A DNA stretch of 32,000 nucleotides from Kineococcus radiotolerans SRS30216 = ATCC BAA-149. Its GTDB lineage: Bacteria; Actinomycetota; Actinomycetes; Actinomycetales; Kineococcaceae. Under the pieces are notes generated by a model. It worked only from the letters and a program-made list of their open reading frames with translations. It had not been told where the DNA came from and did not search any database. Each line of letters opens with the position of its first letter. Position 1 is the first letter of the stretch. The position numbers and the translations under genes are program-made. Shown one piece after another: positions 1 to 11,283 of this stretch. Location: contig NC_009664.2 of assembly GCF_000017305.1 (NCBI RefSeq), positions 3,510,001 to 3,542,000 of the forward strand, in the 5' to 3' direction.

Positions 1-2792
1 CCGCGGCCGAACCCGCCCCGCGTCGCCGGACCCGCCGGGCGACCCGCAAGGTCGCCGCCCCGGCGGAGACCGTGGTCGAGCCCGCGGCCGTGGCCGCCCC
101 GGCCGAGGTCCCGTCGGAGCCCGCGCCCGCACCCGAGACCGCCGCCGAGCCGGTCGCCGAGGCCCCCGAGGCCCCGGCCGCGCCCGCCCGTCGTCGCCGG
201 AGCCGCAAGGCGGTCGCGCCCGCCCCCCTCGCCGAGGCCCCCGCCGTCGAGGCCCCCGCCGTCCCGGAGGTCGAGGCGCCCCGGACCGAGGTCGTCGCCG
301 TCGCCGAGGACGCCCCGGTGGAGGAGACCCCCGTCGAGACCCCTGTCGCGGCCGCCGTCGAGGCGCCGGCCGCGCCGGCTCCCGTCGCGGCGACCGCCCC
401 CGCCGCGCCCGCCGAGCAGCCCGACCTCATGGACGACCCCGTCCTCCTGCGCGCCGCCGGGTTCGCCCAGGGCCGCCGCGCGCCCTCCGAGGGCGAGCGC
501 GCCGCCGACGCGGCCGCCCGGGCGACCGCGCTGTTCTTCCAGGCCCCCGTCGACGAGGCGCCCACCCGCCGCAGCCGCCGGGCGTCCGCCCCCGCGGGCC
601 CGCCGCCCGTCAGCGACCGGGAGGCCCCCGCCCTCGACGAGGACGACGACCTCCTCCTCGACGACCTCCTCCCCGGAGCGGACGACGAGGCCGGTGAGGA
701 CGCCCCCGAGCTCGACGGCGACGCGCCCGGCTCGGCCGAGGACGGCGACGAGGAGCAGGACGAGGACGGCGGCGCCCCGCGCCGACGCCGTCGCCGCGGT
801 GGCCGCGGCCGCCGCAGCCGCACCCGCGAGGACGGCGAGGCCGACACCGACGAGGAGCCCACCGAGGCCGGCGAGGTCGGCGAGGCCCGTGACGGGTCCG
901 ACGACGAGGAGCCCGAGGCCGGCGCGTCCGCCTCCGACGACGAGGACGAGGACGGGGAGGAGCCCAGCGGCTCCTCGCGCCGCCGTCGCCGCCGTCGTCG
1001 GCGCAGCGGGGCCGGGGAGACCGAGGACGGCTCGCCCGACGACCCGCCCAACACCGTCACCCGGGTCCGCGAGCCGCGTCGCCCGCGCACCGGCGCGGCG
1101 ACGACGGGCGGCACCGGCGAGGACGAGATCACCGCGCTCAAGGGCTCCACGCGCCTGGAGGCCAAGAAGCAGCGCCGCCGCGAGGGCCGCGAGCAGGGGC
1201 GCAAGCGGGCCATCCTCACCGAGGCCGAGTTCCTCGCCCGCCGCGAGGCCGTCGAGCGCGTCATGGTCGTGCGCCAGCAGGCCGACAAGACGCAGATCGG
1301 TGTCCTCGAGGACGGGATCCTCGTCGAGCACTACGGGGCGAAGCTCGCCCAGACGACGATGGTCGGCAACGTCTACCTCGGCCGGGTGCAGAACGTGCTG
1401 CCCAGCATGGAGGCCGCCTTCATCGACGTCGGCAAGGGCCGCAACGCCGTCCTGTACGCCGGCGAGGTGAACTGGGACGCCGCGGGCCTGGAGGGCCAGC
1501 CCCGCCGCATCGAGGCCGCGCTGAAGTCCGGCGACCCCGTCCTCGTCCAGGTCACCAAGGACCCCGTCGGCCACAAGGGCGCGCGGCTCACCAGCCAGGT
1601 CTCCCTGCCCGGCCGCTACCTGGTCTACGTCCCGCGCGGGTCGATGACCGGCATCTCCCGCAAGCTGCCCGACACCGAGCGCGCGCGGCTGAAGAAGGTC
1701 CTCAAGCAGGTCGTGCCCGAGGGGGCGGGCGTCATCGTGCGCACCGCCGCCGAGGGGGTCGCCGAGGAGGAGCTGGCCGCGGACGTGCAGCGCCTGCAGG
1801 CGACGTGGGAGGCCATCCAGGCCAAGGCGTCGAGCAAGAACGCGCCCGTCCTGCTGCACGGGGAGCCGGACCTGACCGTCCGGGTCGTGCGCGACGTCTT
1901 CAACGAGGACTTCACCAAGCTCGTCATCTCCGGCGACGAGGCCTGGGAGACCGTGCGCGGTTACGTCGACGACGTCGCCCCCGACCTCGCCGAGCGCCTC
2001 GAGCGCTGGGACGGCGGGGCGGGCGGCGCCGAGGACGTCTTCGCCCACCACCGCATCGACGAGCAGCTGCAGAAGGCCCTCGGCCGCAAGGTCTGGCTGC
2101 CCTCGGGCGGTTCGCTGGTCATCGACCCGACCGAGGCCATGCACGTGGTCGACGTCAACACCGGCAAGTTCACCGGTGCCGGCGGCACGCTGGAGGAGAC
2201 CGTCACCCGCAACAACCTCGAGGCGGCGGAGGAGATCGTCCGCCAGCTGAGGTTGCGCGACATCGGCGGGATCATCGTCATCGACTTCATCGACATGGTG
2301 CTGGAGTCCAACCGGGACCTGGTGCTGCGCCGCCTCGTCGAGTGCCTGGGCCGCGACCGCACCAAGCACCAGGTGGCCGAGGTGACCTCCCTGGGCCTGG
2401 TGCAGATGACCCGCAAGCGCACCGGCCAGGGCCTGGCGGCCGTGCTCGACGAGCTGGACGCGGCCGCCGACGCCAACCCCGCCCCGCAGCCCGCGCCCGG
2501 CGGGTCCTCCAGCGGCCCCGCCGCGTCCGGCGGCTCCACCGGCGGGAACGGGGCGGGCGGGAAGTCCCGCGCGCGCCGCGGCCGCGGGCGGGACAAGGGC
2601 GGCGAGGGCGAGGCGGACACCGCCCGGTCCTCCGACGCCCAGCCGGGCGAGGGGGTCGCCGAGGCCGGCGGGGAGCCCCCGCGCGAGCCGGGGAAGGACT
2701 CCGCCGTCCTGGCCGCCATCGCGGCGGTGGCGGCGGCGGCGCGCAGCAAGGAGCGCGAGGAGTCCTCGAGCCCCGCGCCGGTGCAGGACTGA
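1..2792 (+). CDS. rne: Ribonuclease E (RNase E/G family), 5'-partial; reading frame is open to the window edge
   Basis: Listed ORF is 72..2792, but the same frame has no stop back to nt 3. It has an S1 domain ([31 protein letters not shown]) and catalytic-core motifs ([37 protein letters not shown]). These are flanked by Arg runs and Asp/Glu-rich segments typical of actinobacterial RNase E. It lies in the conserved rne-rplU-rpmA-obg order. Confidence 0.9.
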   Translation, partial: AAEPAPRRRTRRATRKVAAPAETVVEPAAVAAPAEVPSEPAPAPETAAEPVAEAPEAPAAPARRRRSRKAVAPAPLAEAPAVEAPAVPEVEAPRTEVVAVAEDAPVEETPVETPVAAAVEAPAAPAPVAATAPAAPAEQPDLMDDPVLLRAAGFAQGRRAPSEGERAADAAARATALFFQAPVDEAPTRRSRRASAPAGPPPVSDREAPALDEDDDLLLDDLLPGADDEAGEDAPELDGDAPGSAEDGDEEQDEDGGAPRRRRRRGGRGRRSRTREDGEADTDEEPTEAGEVGEARDGSDDEEPEAGASASDDEDEDGEEPSGSSRRRRRRRRRSGAGETEDGSPDDPPNTVTRVREPRRPRTGAATTGGTGEDEITALKGSTRLEAKKQRRREGREQGRKRAILTEAEFLARREAVERVMVVRQQADKTQIGVLEDGILVEHYGAKLAQTTMVGNVYLGRVQNVLPSMEAAFIDVGKGRNAVLYAGEVNWDAAGLEGQPRRIEAALKSGDPVLVQVTKDPVGHKGARLTSQVSLPGRYLVYVPRGSMTGISRKLPDTERARLKKVLKQVVPEGAGVIVRTAAEGVAEEELAADVQRLQATWEAIQAKASSKNAPVLLHGEPDLTVRVVRDVFNEDFTKLVISGDEAWETVRGYVDDVAPDLAERLERWDGGAGGAEDVFAHHRIDEQLQKALGRKVWLPSGGSLVIDPTEAMHVVDVNTGKFTGAGGTLEETVTRNNLEAAEEIVRQLRLRDIGGIIVIDFIDMVLESNRDLVLRRLVECLGRDRTKHQVAEVTSLGLVQMTRKRTGQGLAAVLDELDAAADANPAPQPAPGGSSSGPAASGGSTGGNGAGGKSRARRGRGRDKGGEGEADTARSSDAQPGEGVAEAGGEPPREPGKDSAVLAAIAAVAAAARSKEREESSSPAPVQD

Positions 2793-2808
2793 GGTCCGGC
2801 CCGCCGTT

Positions 2809-2837
2809 TTGACCCCCGGGGTGGCGTTCCGTACGCT
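2809..2837 (+). promoter_or_regulatory. Candidate housekeeping-sigma promoter for rplU-rpmA: -35 TTGACC (2809-2814), 17-nt spacer, -10 TACGCT (2832-2837)
   Basis: Read directly from the sequence. It lies 17 nt after the rne stop and about 95 nt before the rplU start. The -10 fits the actinobacterial TANNNT pattern. No experimental support. Confidence 0.4.
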
Positions 2838-2931
2838 TGACCCTTGGTGCGCCTCCGTGCGCGAGCCCCAGACCGCTCCGCGGCCTGGTGGCGTTCCAGT
2901 AGTTCGTGACGAGAGAAACGGGTTCGTTGTG

Positions 2932-3240
2932 GTGTACGCCATCGTCCGCGCCGGCGGCCGGCAGGAGAAGGTTGCGGTCGGCGACGTGCTGACCATCGAC
3001 CGTGTCCCCGTGGCCAGCGGGGAGACGCTGCAGCTGCAGCCCCTTCTCCTCGTCGACGGCGAGACCGTCACTCACGACGCTTCGGCGCTCGCGGGTGTCA
3101 AGGTCGTCGCCGAGGTGGTCGAGGAGGCCAAGGGCCCCAAGATCACCATCCTGAAGTACAAGAACAAGACCGGGTACCGCAAGCGTCAGGGCCACCGCCA
3201 GCCGCTGACCCGCGTCAAGATCACCAGCATCGGGGAGTGA
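2932..3240 (+). CDS. rplU: 50S ribosomal protein L21
   Basis: This is the C-terminal 102 codons of ORF 2809..3240. The GTG at 2932 gives (M)[19 protein letters not shown], a canonical L21 N-terminus. GTG 2929 is an alternative start. The upstream part of the listed ORF overlaps the putative promoter and looks non-coding. Confidence 0.92.
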   Translation: MYAIVRAGGRQEKVAVGDVLTIDRVPVASGETLQLQPLLLVDGETVTHDASALAGVKVVAEVVEEAKGPKITILKYKNKTGYRKRQGHRQPLTRVKITSIGE

Positions 3241-3249
3241 CGTCACCTC

Positions 3250-3507
3250 ATGGCACACAAGAAGGGCGCGAGCTCCTCGCGCAACGGTCGTGACTCCAAC
3301 GCCCAGCGCCTCGGCGTGAAGCGCTTCGGTGGTCAGGTCGTCCTGGCGGGCGAGATCATCGTCCGCCAGCGCGGCACCCACTTCCACCCCGGCGCCGGTG
3401 TGGGCCGTGGCGGCGACGACACGCTGTTCGCCCTGGTCCCGGGGGCCGTCGAGTTCGGCACCCGTCGCGGCCGCAAGGTCATCAACATCGTCGCAGCCGG
3501 CGAGTGA
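3250..3507 (+). CDS. rpmA: 50S ribosomal protein L27
   Basis: [29 protein letters not shown] is the canonical L27 N-terminus. It starts 9 nt after rplU. Confidence 0.97.
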   Translation: MAHKKGASSSRNGRDSNAQRLGVKRFGGQVVLAGEIIVRQRGTHFHPGAGVGRGGDDTLFALVPGAVEFGTRRGRKVINIVAAGE

Positions 3508-6335
<2,828 letters not shown>

Positions 6336-6368
6336 CCGCGTCCCACGGTGCGAACGCGGGGAGCCCGA

Positions 6369-6764
6369 GTGGTGCAGACGCCGATGCCCTTGTGGTCGGT
6401 GACGTTGACCGTGGCCGGGGCCGAGACCGACCCGGGCTGCCTGCGGGCCGCGCTGGACCGGTTGCTGGCCGAGCGCCCGTTCCTGTCCAGCGTGCGCTAC
6501 AGCGCGACGCGGGTGGAGCTGCGCTACTGGGACGAGGCCCGCGACGTCGACGACGCCGCCGCGATGGCGCTGCGCCTGTGGCCGGAGCACCGCTCCAGCG
6601 CCGGGCTGCCGCCGTGGTCGGTCGTGGGCGTGGAGGTCGTCGACCGCGCGACCGTGGAGCACCGGGTCGACCAGCAGGCGCAGCGCCGCCGGCGCGGGGC
6701 CGGGGGCCCTCCCGTCCGCCGCGCCCGCGCCCTCGACCTCATCGGCGACATCGCCCCCTGGTGA
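6369..6764 (+). CDS. Hypothetical small protein between proB and proA; no family recognised
   Basis: ORF 6348..6764. GC3 is strongly high throughout. GGGGAG (6358-6363) lies 5 nt before GTG 6369; alternative starts are 6348, 6372 and ATG 6384. It has a basic tail (QRRRRGAGGPPVRRAR). I see no recognisable motif. Confidence 0.55.
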   Translation: MVQTPMPLWSVTLTVAGAETDPGCLRAALDRLLAERPFLSSVRYSATRVELRYWDEARDVDDAAAMALRLWPEHRSSAGLPPWSVVGVEVVDRATVEHRVDQQAQRRRRGAGGPPVRRARALDLIGDIAPW

Positions 6765-6779
6765 CGGCGGGAAATTTCG

Positions 6780-6808
6780 TTCAACGATCCGGGGTGGACG
6801 GGTAGGCT
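6780..6808 (+). promoter_or_regulatory. Candidate promoter giving a leaderless proA mRNA: -35-like TTCAAC (6780-6785), 17-nt spacer, -10 TAGGCT (6803-6808)
   Basis: The -10 TANNNT ends 6 nt before the proA ATG (6815) and no SD-like motif lies between them. The -35 match is weak (3/6). Confidence 0.3.
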
Positions 6809-6814
6809 CGGCGC

Positions 6815-8113
6815 ATGACGCTCGCGCCCGTGCAGCCTGCCGGAACCACCGTGGAGGAGGCCGTGCTGGCCGTCTGCCGACGGGCCAAGGTCGCCTCGCG
6901 CCCGCTGCGCCTGGCCTCCCGGGCCACCAAGGACGCTGCGCTGCACGCGATCGCGGACGCCATCGAGGCGGCCACCGAGCGCATCGTGACCGCCAACGGC
7001 GAGGACCTCGCCCGCGGCGCGGCCGACGGCACCTCGCCGCACCTCCTGGACCGGCTGCGGCTGGACCCGCAGCGGGTCGCCGCCGTCGCGGCGGCGGTGC
7101 GCGAGGTCGCCGCGCTGCCCGACCCCGTCGGGGAGGTCGTGCGCGGCTCCACGCTGCCCAACGGGCTGCGGCTGCGCCAGTTGCGGGTGCCGATGGGCGT
7201 GCTCGGGGTCGTCTACGAGGCCCGGCCCAACGTCACCGTCGACGTGGCGGTGCTCGCGCTCAAGAGCGGCAACGCCGTCGTGCTGCGCGGCGGGTCGGCC
7301 GCGCAGTCCAGCAACACCGTCCTCGTGGAGGTCGTCCGCGGGGCCCTGGAGAGCGTCGGCCTGCCTGCCGACGCCGTCACCAGCATCGACGAGCACGGCC
7401 GCGACGGGGTGGGTGCCCTGCTCACCGCCCGCGGGCTGGTCGACCTCCTCGTCCCGCGCGGGGGCGCGGACCTCATCCAGCGCGTCGTGCGCGAGGCCAC
7501 CGTCCCCGTCATCGAGACCGGCGTCGGCAACTGCCACGTCTACGTGGACGCCTCCGCCGACCTCGCGCAGGCCGTCGAGATCGTCCTCAACGCCAAGACC
7601 TCGCGCCCCAGCGTCTGCAACGCCGCCGAGACGGTCCTGGTCCACTCCGCGCTCGCGGCCGACTTCCTGCCGACCCTGCTGCGCGCCCTGCACGAGGCCG
7701 GGGTGGTGCTGCACGCCGACGCGACGTCGCTGGCCGCCGCGCGGGCGGCCGGGCTGCCCGCGCAGCCGGTCACCGACGAGGACTGGGCCGCGGAGTTCCA
7801 CGGCCTGGAGATCGCCGTCGGGGTCGTGGACTCCGTGCAGGACGCCGTCGAGCACATCGCCCGCTGGACCTCCGCGCACACCGAGGCGGTCCTGGCCACC
7901 GACGTCCGGGTGACGGACTACTTCTGCGCCGCGGTCGACTCCGCCGTGGTCGCCGTGAACGCCTCGACGCGGTTCACCGACGGCGGCGAGTTCGGGCTCG
8001 GCGCCGAGGTCGGCATCTCCACCCAGAAGCTGCACGCGCGGGGCCCGATGGGCCTGGCCGAGCTCACCACCACCACCTGGCAGGTCCTCGGCGACGGTCA
8101 CGTCCGCGTCTGA
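6815..8113 (+). CDS. proA: Gamma-glutamyl phosphate reductase
   Basis: 432 aa. VNASTRFTDGGEFGLGAEVGISTQKLHARGPMGL and the CNAAETVLVH catalytic Cys region are typical of ProA. Confidence 0.95.
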   Translation: MTLAPVQPAGTTVEEAVLAVCRRAKVASRPLRLASRATKDAALHAIADAIEAATERIVTANGEDLARGAADGTSPHLLDRLRLDPQRVAAVAAAVREVAALPDPVGEVVRGSTLPNGLRLRQLRVPMGVLGVVYEARPNVTVDVAVLALKSGNAVVLRGGSAAQSSNTVLVEVVRGALESVGLPADAVTSIDEHGRDGVGALLTARGLVDLLVPRGGADLIQRVVREATVPVIETGVGNCHVYVDASADLAQAVEIVLNAKTSRPSVCNAAETVLVHSALAADFLPTLLRALHEAGVVLHADATSLAAARAAGLPAQPVTDEDWAAEFHGLEIAVGVVDSVQDAVEHIARWTSAHTEAVLATDVRVTDYFCAAVDSAVVAVNASTRFTDGGEFGLGAEVGISTQKLHARGPMGLAELTTTTWQVLGDGHVRV

Positions 8114-9081
8114 GGCTCCTCCAGGGAGTCGCTGGCGACGAGGTACGTCGGCCGGTTCTGCAGCTGCACGTAGAGCCGGCCCACGTACTCGCCCAGCACC
8201 CCGAGGCACAGCAGCTGCAGGGTCCCCACCCCCGCGACGACGGCCACCGTCGAGGTCCAGCCGGGCACGGTCGTGCCCAGCGCGAAGGACGCGAACGCGT
8301 AGACGAGCAGCAGGAAGGTCAGCAGCGCCCCGCCGAGGCCGAAGAGCGAGGCCAGCCGCAACGGCGCCGTGGAGGAGCCGGTGATGGCGTCCAGGGACAG
8401 CCGCAGCATCCGCCCCAGCGGGTACTTCGTGCGCCCGGCGCCGCGGGCCCCGCGCACGTAGCCGACGGTGGTCGAGGCGAACCCGAGGTCGGGCACCACC
8501 AGCCGCAGCACCCGGTGCGCCTCCGGCAGCTGCAGGACGGTGTCCACCACCTCCCGGCTGGTGAACCGGAAGTCGCCGGCCTGGGCCGGCGCCCGTCCCC
8601 CCAGGGCCCGCACCAGCCGGTAGAAGCCGGCCGCGGTGAGCCGCTTGAGCGCGGAGTCCACCGAGCGGTCCGCGCGCACGGCGTAGACGACGTCGTGCCC
8701 CTCGTCGGCCGCGGCCAGCACGAACGGGAGCACCTCCGGGGGGTCCTGGAGGTCCGCGTCCATCGTGACGACGCCCTCGCGCCCGCGCGCGCGGGCCAGC
8801 CCGGCCGAGAGGGCGGCCTGGTGGCCGGCGTTGGCCCGCAGCCGCAGCACCCGCAGCTGCGGCCAGTCCCGGCGCAGCCGGGCGAGGACGACGGGGGTGG
8901 CGTCGGTGCTGCCGTCGTCGACGACGAGCACCTCGTAGCCGCCGAGCCCGCGCTCGAGCCGGTCGTCGAGGACGGGGCGCAGCCGCGCGGCGAAGGCGGG
9001 CAGCACCTCGGCCTCGTCGTAGGCGGGGACGACCACCGAGAGGGCGACCTCGGAGGGGGGCACCCCGCGATCCTCCCGCAC
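8098..9081 (-). CDS. GT2-family polyprenyl-phosphate glycosyltransferase (GtrB/ArnC-like) with two C-terminal TM helices
   Basis: SVVVPAYDEAEVL, VVDDGSTD and MDADLQDPPE are GT2 motifs. The C-terminal hydrophobic pair ends in GEYVGRLY. The start is set at GTG 9081 (alternative 9063). The listed N-terminal 76 codons (to 9309) are His/Arg/Asp-rich and overlap a better + strand small ORF. Confidence 0.85.
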   Translation of the reverse strand: MREDRGVPPSEVALSVVVPAYDEAEVLPAFAARLRPVLDDRLERGLGGYEVLVVDDGSTDATPVVLARLRRDWPQLRVLRLRANAGHQAALSAGLARARGREGVVTMDADLQDPPEVLPFVLAAADEGHDVVYAVRADRSVDSALKRLTAAGFYRLVRALGGRAPAQAGDFRFTSREVVDTVLQLPEAHRVLRLVVPDLGFASTTVGYVRGARGAGRTKYPLGRMLRLSLDAITGSSTAPLRLASLFGLGGALLTFLLLVYAFASFALGTTVPGWTSTVAVVAGVGTLQLLCLGVLGEYVGRLYVQLQNRPTYLVASDSLEEPQTRT

Positions 9082-9153
9082 CCGGGCCGCCGTCGGGGAG
9101 GCGGCGTGCGAGACTGGTCGCCAGGATCGACGCCGTACCGGGAGGACCACGCC

Positions 9154-9312
9154 ATGATGCACGCGCTCGTCGCGCAAGCCGCTCAGCAGACTGAGGAGGC
9201 CCACGGTCAGCTGCCGATGCCGCCCGTCGCGTTCGGGATCGTCGCGCTCTGCGTCCTCGCGATGATGCTCATCGCGACGATGGCCTTCCGGAGCGTCGGG
9301 ACGCGCCACTGA
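9154..9312 (+). CDS. Putative 52-aa single-pass membrane microprotein
   Basis: ATG 9154 (then ATG 9157) lies 6 nt after GGAGGAC (9141-9147). GC3 is high. It has a hydrophobic helix ([21 protein letters not shown]). It is the in-frame tail of the shadow ORF 8515..9312. Confidence 0.45.
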   Translation: MMHALVAQAAQQTEEAHGQLPMPPVAFGIVALCVLAMMLIATMAFRSVGTRH

Positions 9313-9338
9313 GCTCCTCGCCGGGCCAGCGCCCCCGG

Positions 9339-9974
9339 GTGGGGGTGATGGGCGGGACGTTCGACCCGATCCACCACGGGCACCTGGTGGCCGCCAGCGA
9401 GGTGGCCGCCCGCTTCGCCCTGGACGAGGTCGTCTTCGTCCCCACCGGCAAGCCCTGGCAGAAGTCGCGCGTCGACATCGCGCCGGCGGAGCACCGCTAC
9501 CTCATGACCGTCATCGCGACGGCGTCCAACCCGCGGTTCACGGTGTCGCGCATCGACATCGACCGCGGCGGCTTCACCTACACGATCGACACGCTGCGGG
9601 AGCTGCGCGACCTCCGGCCCGAGGCCGACCTGTTCTTCATCACCGGTGCGGATGCCCTCGCGCAGATCCTGCAGTGGAAGGACGTCGCGGAGCTGTGGTC
9701 GCTGGCCCACTTCGTCGGCGTCAGCCGGCCCGGGCACGCCCTGACCGACGACGGCCTGCCCCTGGACGGGGTGAGCCTCATGGAGGTCCCGGCCCTGTCG
9801 ATCTCCTCCACCGACTGCCGCCAGCGCGTCGCCGAGGGGCTGCCGGTCTGGTACCTCGTGCCCGACGGCGTCGTGCAGCACATCTCCAAGCACCGGCTCT
9901 ACACGGCCCCCGAGCACGGCCGGCTGCTCGACGCCCGGGGAGAGGCGCTCGCCGTGGGAGAATCGGGGGACTGA
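9339..9974 (+). CDS. nadD: Nicotinate-nucleotide adenylyltransferase
   Basis: (M)[15 protein letters not shown] contains the HxGH nucleotidyltransferase motif. It is followed by rsfS, as in other actinobacteria. Confidence 0.93.
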   Translation: MGVMGGTFDPIHHGHLVAASEVAARFALDEVVFVPTGKPWQKSRVDIAPAEHRYLMTVIATASNPRFTVSRIDIDRGGFTYTIDTLRELRDLRPEADLFFITGADALAQILQWKDVAELWSLAHFVGVSRPGHALTDDGLPLDGVSLMEVPALSISSTDCRQRVAEGLPVWYLVPDGVVQHISKHRLYTAPEHGRLLDARGEALAVGESGD

Positions 9975-10030
9975 CCGCTTCCCGGGCCCCAGGGCCCGGC
10001 CGACACCTGCTAGTGCAGGCGAGGAGTTCC

Positions 10031-10429
10031 GTGCCCGCAACCGAGCGAGCCCTCGAGCTGGTGACCACCGCCGCGGCCGCCGCGGTGGACAAGCTCGCGA
10101 CCGACGTCATCGCGCTCGACGTGTCCGACCAGCTCTTCATCACCGACGCCTTCCTCCTGGCGTCGGCTCCCAACGAGCGCCAGGTGCGCGCCATCGCCGA
10201 GGCCATCGAGGAGAAGCTCCTCCCGCTGGGCTCCAAGCCGGTGCGCCGCGAGGGCGAGCGCGAGGGGCGGTGGGTCCTGCTGGACTTCGTCGACCTCGTC
10301 GTGCACGTCCAGCACACCGAGGAGCGCGAGTACTACGCCCTCGAGCGGCTGTGGAAGGACTGCCCGGTCATCGAGCTGCCGGTCGCCGTCCACGCCAACG
10401 CCCAGGACGCGCCCGCCGACCAGGCGTGA
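10031..10429 (+). CDS. rsfS: Ribosome silencing factor RsfS (Iojap family)
   Basis: GTG 10031 lies 4 nt after AGGAG. DVIALDVSDQLFITDAFLLASAPNERQVRAIAEAIEE...WVLLDFVDLVVHVQH..REYYALERLW is typical RsfS. It is the last 132 codons of ORF 9674..10429. Confidence 0.92.
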   Translation: MPATERALELVTTAAAAAVDKLATDVIALDVSDQLFITDAFLLASAPNERQVRAIAEAIEEKLLPLGSKPVRREGEREGRWVLLDFVDLVVHVQHTEEREYYALERLWKDCPVIELPVAVHANAQDAPADQA

Positions 10430-11058
10430 CGGCGTCCACCCTCGTCCTCTGGCGCCACGGGCAGACCCCGTTCAACGCCGAGAACCGCTTCCAGGGCCAG
10501 CTCGACGTCCCCCTCGACGACGTCGGGCGGGCCCAGGCGGCCGCGGCGGCGGCCCACCTGTCCGCCCTGCCCCTCGACGCGGTCGTCTCCTCCGACCTCG
10601 TCCGCGCCGTGGACACCGCCACGGCGCTCACGTCCCTGACGGGCCTCGCCCTCACCCGTGACCCCGCGCTGCGCGAGGTCGACGCGGGGGAGTGGCAGGG
10701 GCTGCTGGGGGACGAGATCGCCCGGCGGTGGCCCGAGGAGCACGCGGCCTGGCGCCGGGGCGCCGACGTCCGCACGGGGGGCGGGGAGACCCGTTCCGAG
10801 CTCGGCGCGCGGGTGGCCGGGGCCGTGGAGCGGCACGCCGCCGCCGTCCCCGGCGGCGGGACGCTGCTGGTGGCCTCGCACGGAGCGGCGCTGAAGGCGG
10901 GGGTGCTGCGCCTGCTGGGTCTGCCCCCGACCGCGGGGGACGCCTTCGCGGGTCTGCGCAACGCCCACTGGGCCGTCCTGCGCCGCCGGTCCCGGGCCTG
11001 GGCGCTGGAGGAGTACAACGCGGGGCCCGCGGGGGCCCGCGTCGGCGCCGAGGGGTGA
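10426..11058 (+). CDS. Histidine phosphatase (phosphoglycerate mutase family); positional equivalent of the mycobacterial glucosyl-3-phosphoglycerate phosphatase downstream of rsfS
   Basis: GTG 10426 overlaps the rsfS stop (GTGA). It has the RHG motif (LVLWRHGQTPFN) and the distal His (LVASHGAALKA). Substrate cannot be assigned from sequence. Confidence 0.85.
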   Translation: MTASTLVLWRHGQTPFNAENRFQGQLDVPLDDVGRAQAAAAAAHLSALPLDAVVSSDLVRAVDTATALTSLTGLALTRDPALREVDAGEWQGLLGDEIARRWPEEHAAWRRGADVRTGGGETRSELGARVAGAVERHAAAVPGGGTLLVASHGAALKAGVLRLLGLPPTAGDAFAGLRNAHWAVLRRRSRAWALEEYNAGPAGARVGAEG

Positions 11059-11136
11059 GCCGTCCCGGTTCGGACCACTCCCGTTCGTGCGGTAGTGTTG
11101 TCCTCGTTGCCGGGGGAAACCCCGAGCGACGAGAAC

Positions 11137-11211
<75 letters not shown>

Positions 11212-11219
11212 CCGTTGTC

Positions 11220-11249
11220 GAAGGGCCCGGACGAGAGTCCGGGCCCTTC
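11220..11249 (+). terminator. Perfect 13-bp hairpin after tRNA-Ala, loop GAGA
   Basis: GAAGGGCCCGGAC (11220-11232) pairs with GTCCGGGCCCTTC (11237-11249). It starts 10 nt after the tRNA 3' end. Confidence 0.6.
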
Positions 11250-11283
11250 GCCGTTCCCGGAGGGTGACGCCCCGGCGGGCCCG

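Noticed and set aside
2809-2931. TTG 2809 start giving a 143-aa L21
   Set aside because: L21 homology starts at YAIVRAGG (GTG 2932). The upstream 41 codons overlap a good promoter and have no L21 counterpart.
9082-9309. 76-codon N-terminal extension of the GT2 glycosyltransferase ORF
   Set aside because: It is His/Arg/Asp/Glu-rich and unlike GT2 N-termini, which begin close to the SVVVPAYDE strand. It also overlaps a better-looking + strand microprotein ORF that has its own RBS.
11070-11098. Promoter for tRNA-Ala (-10 TAGTGT at 11093-11098)
   Set aside because: The -10 is plausible, but the best -35 candidates (TTCGGA and TCGGAC) match poorly. This is too weak to list as a feature.
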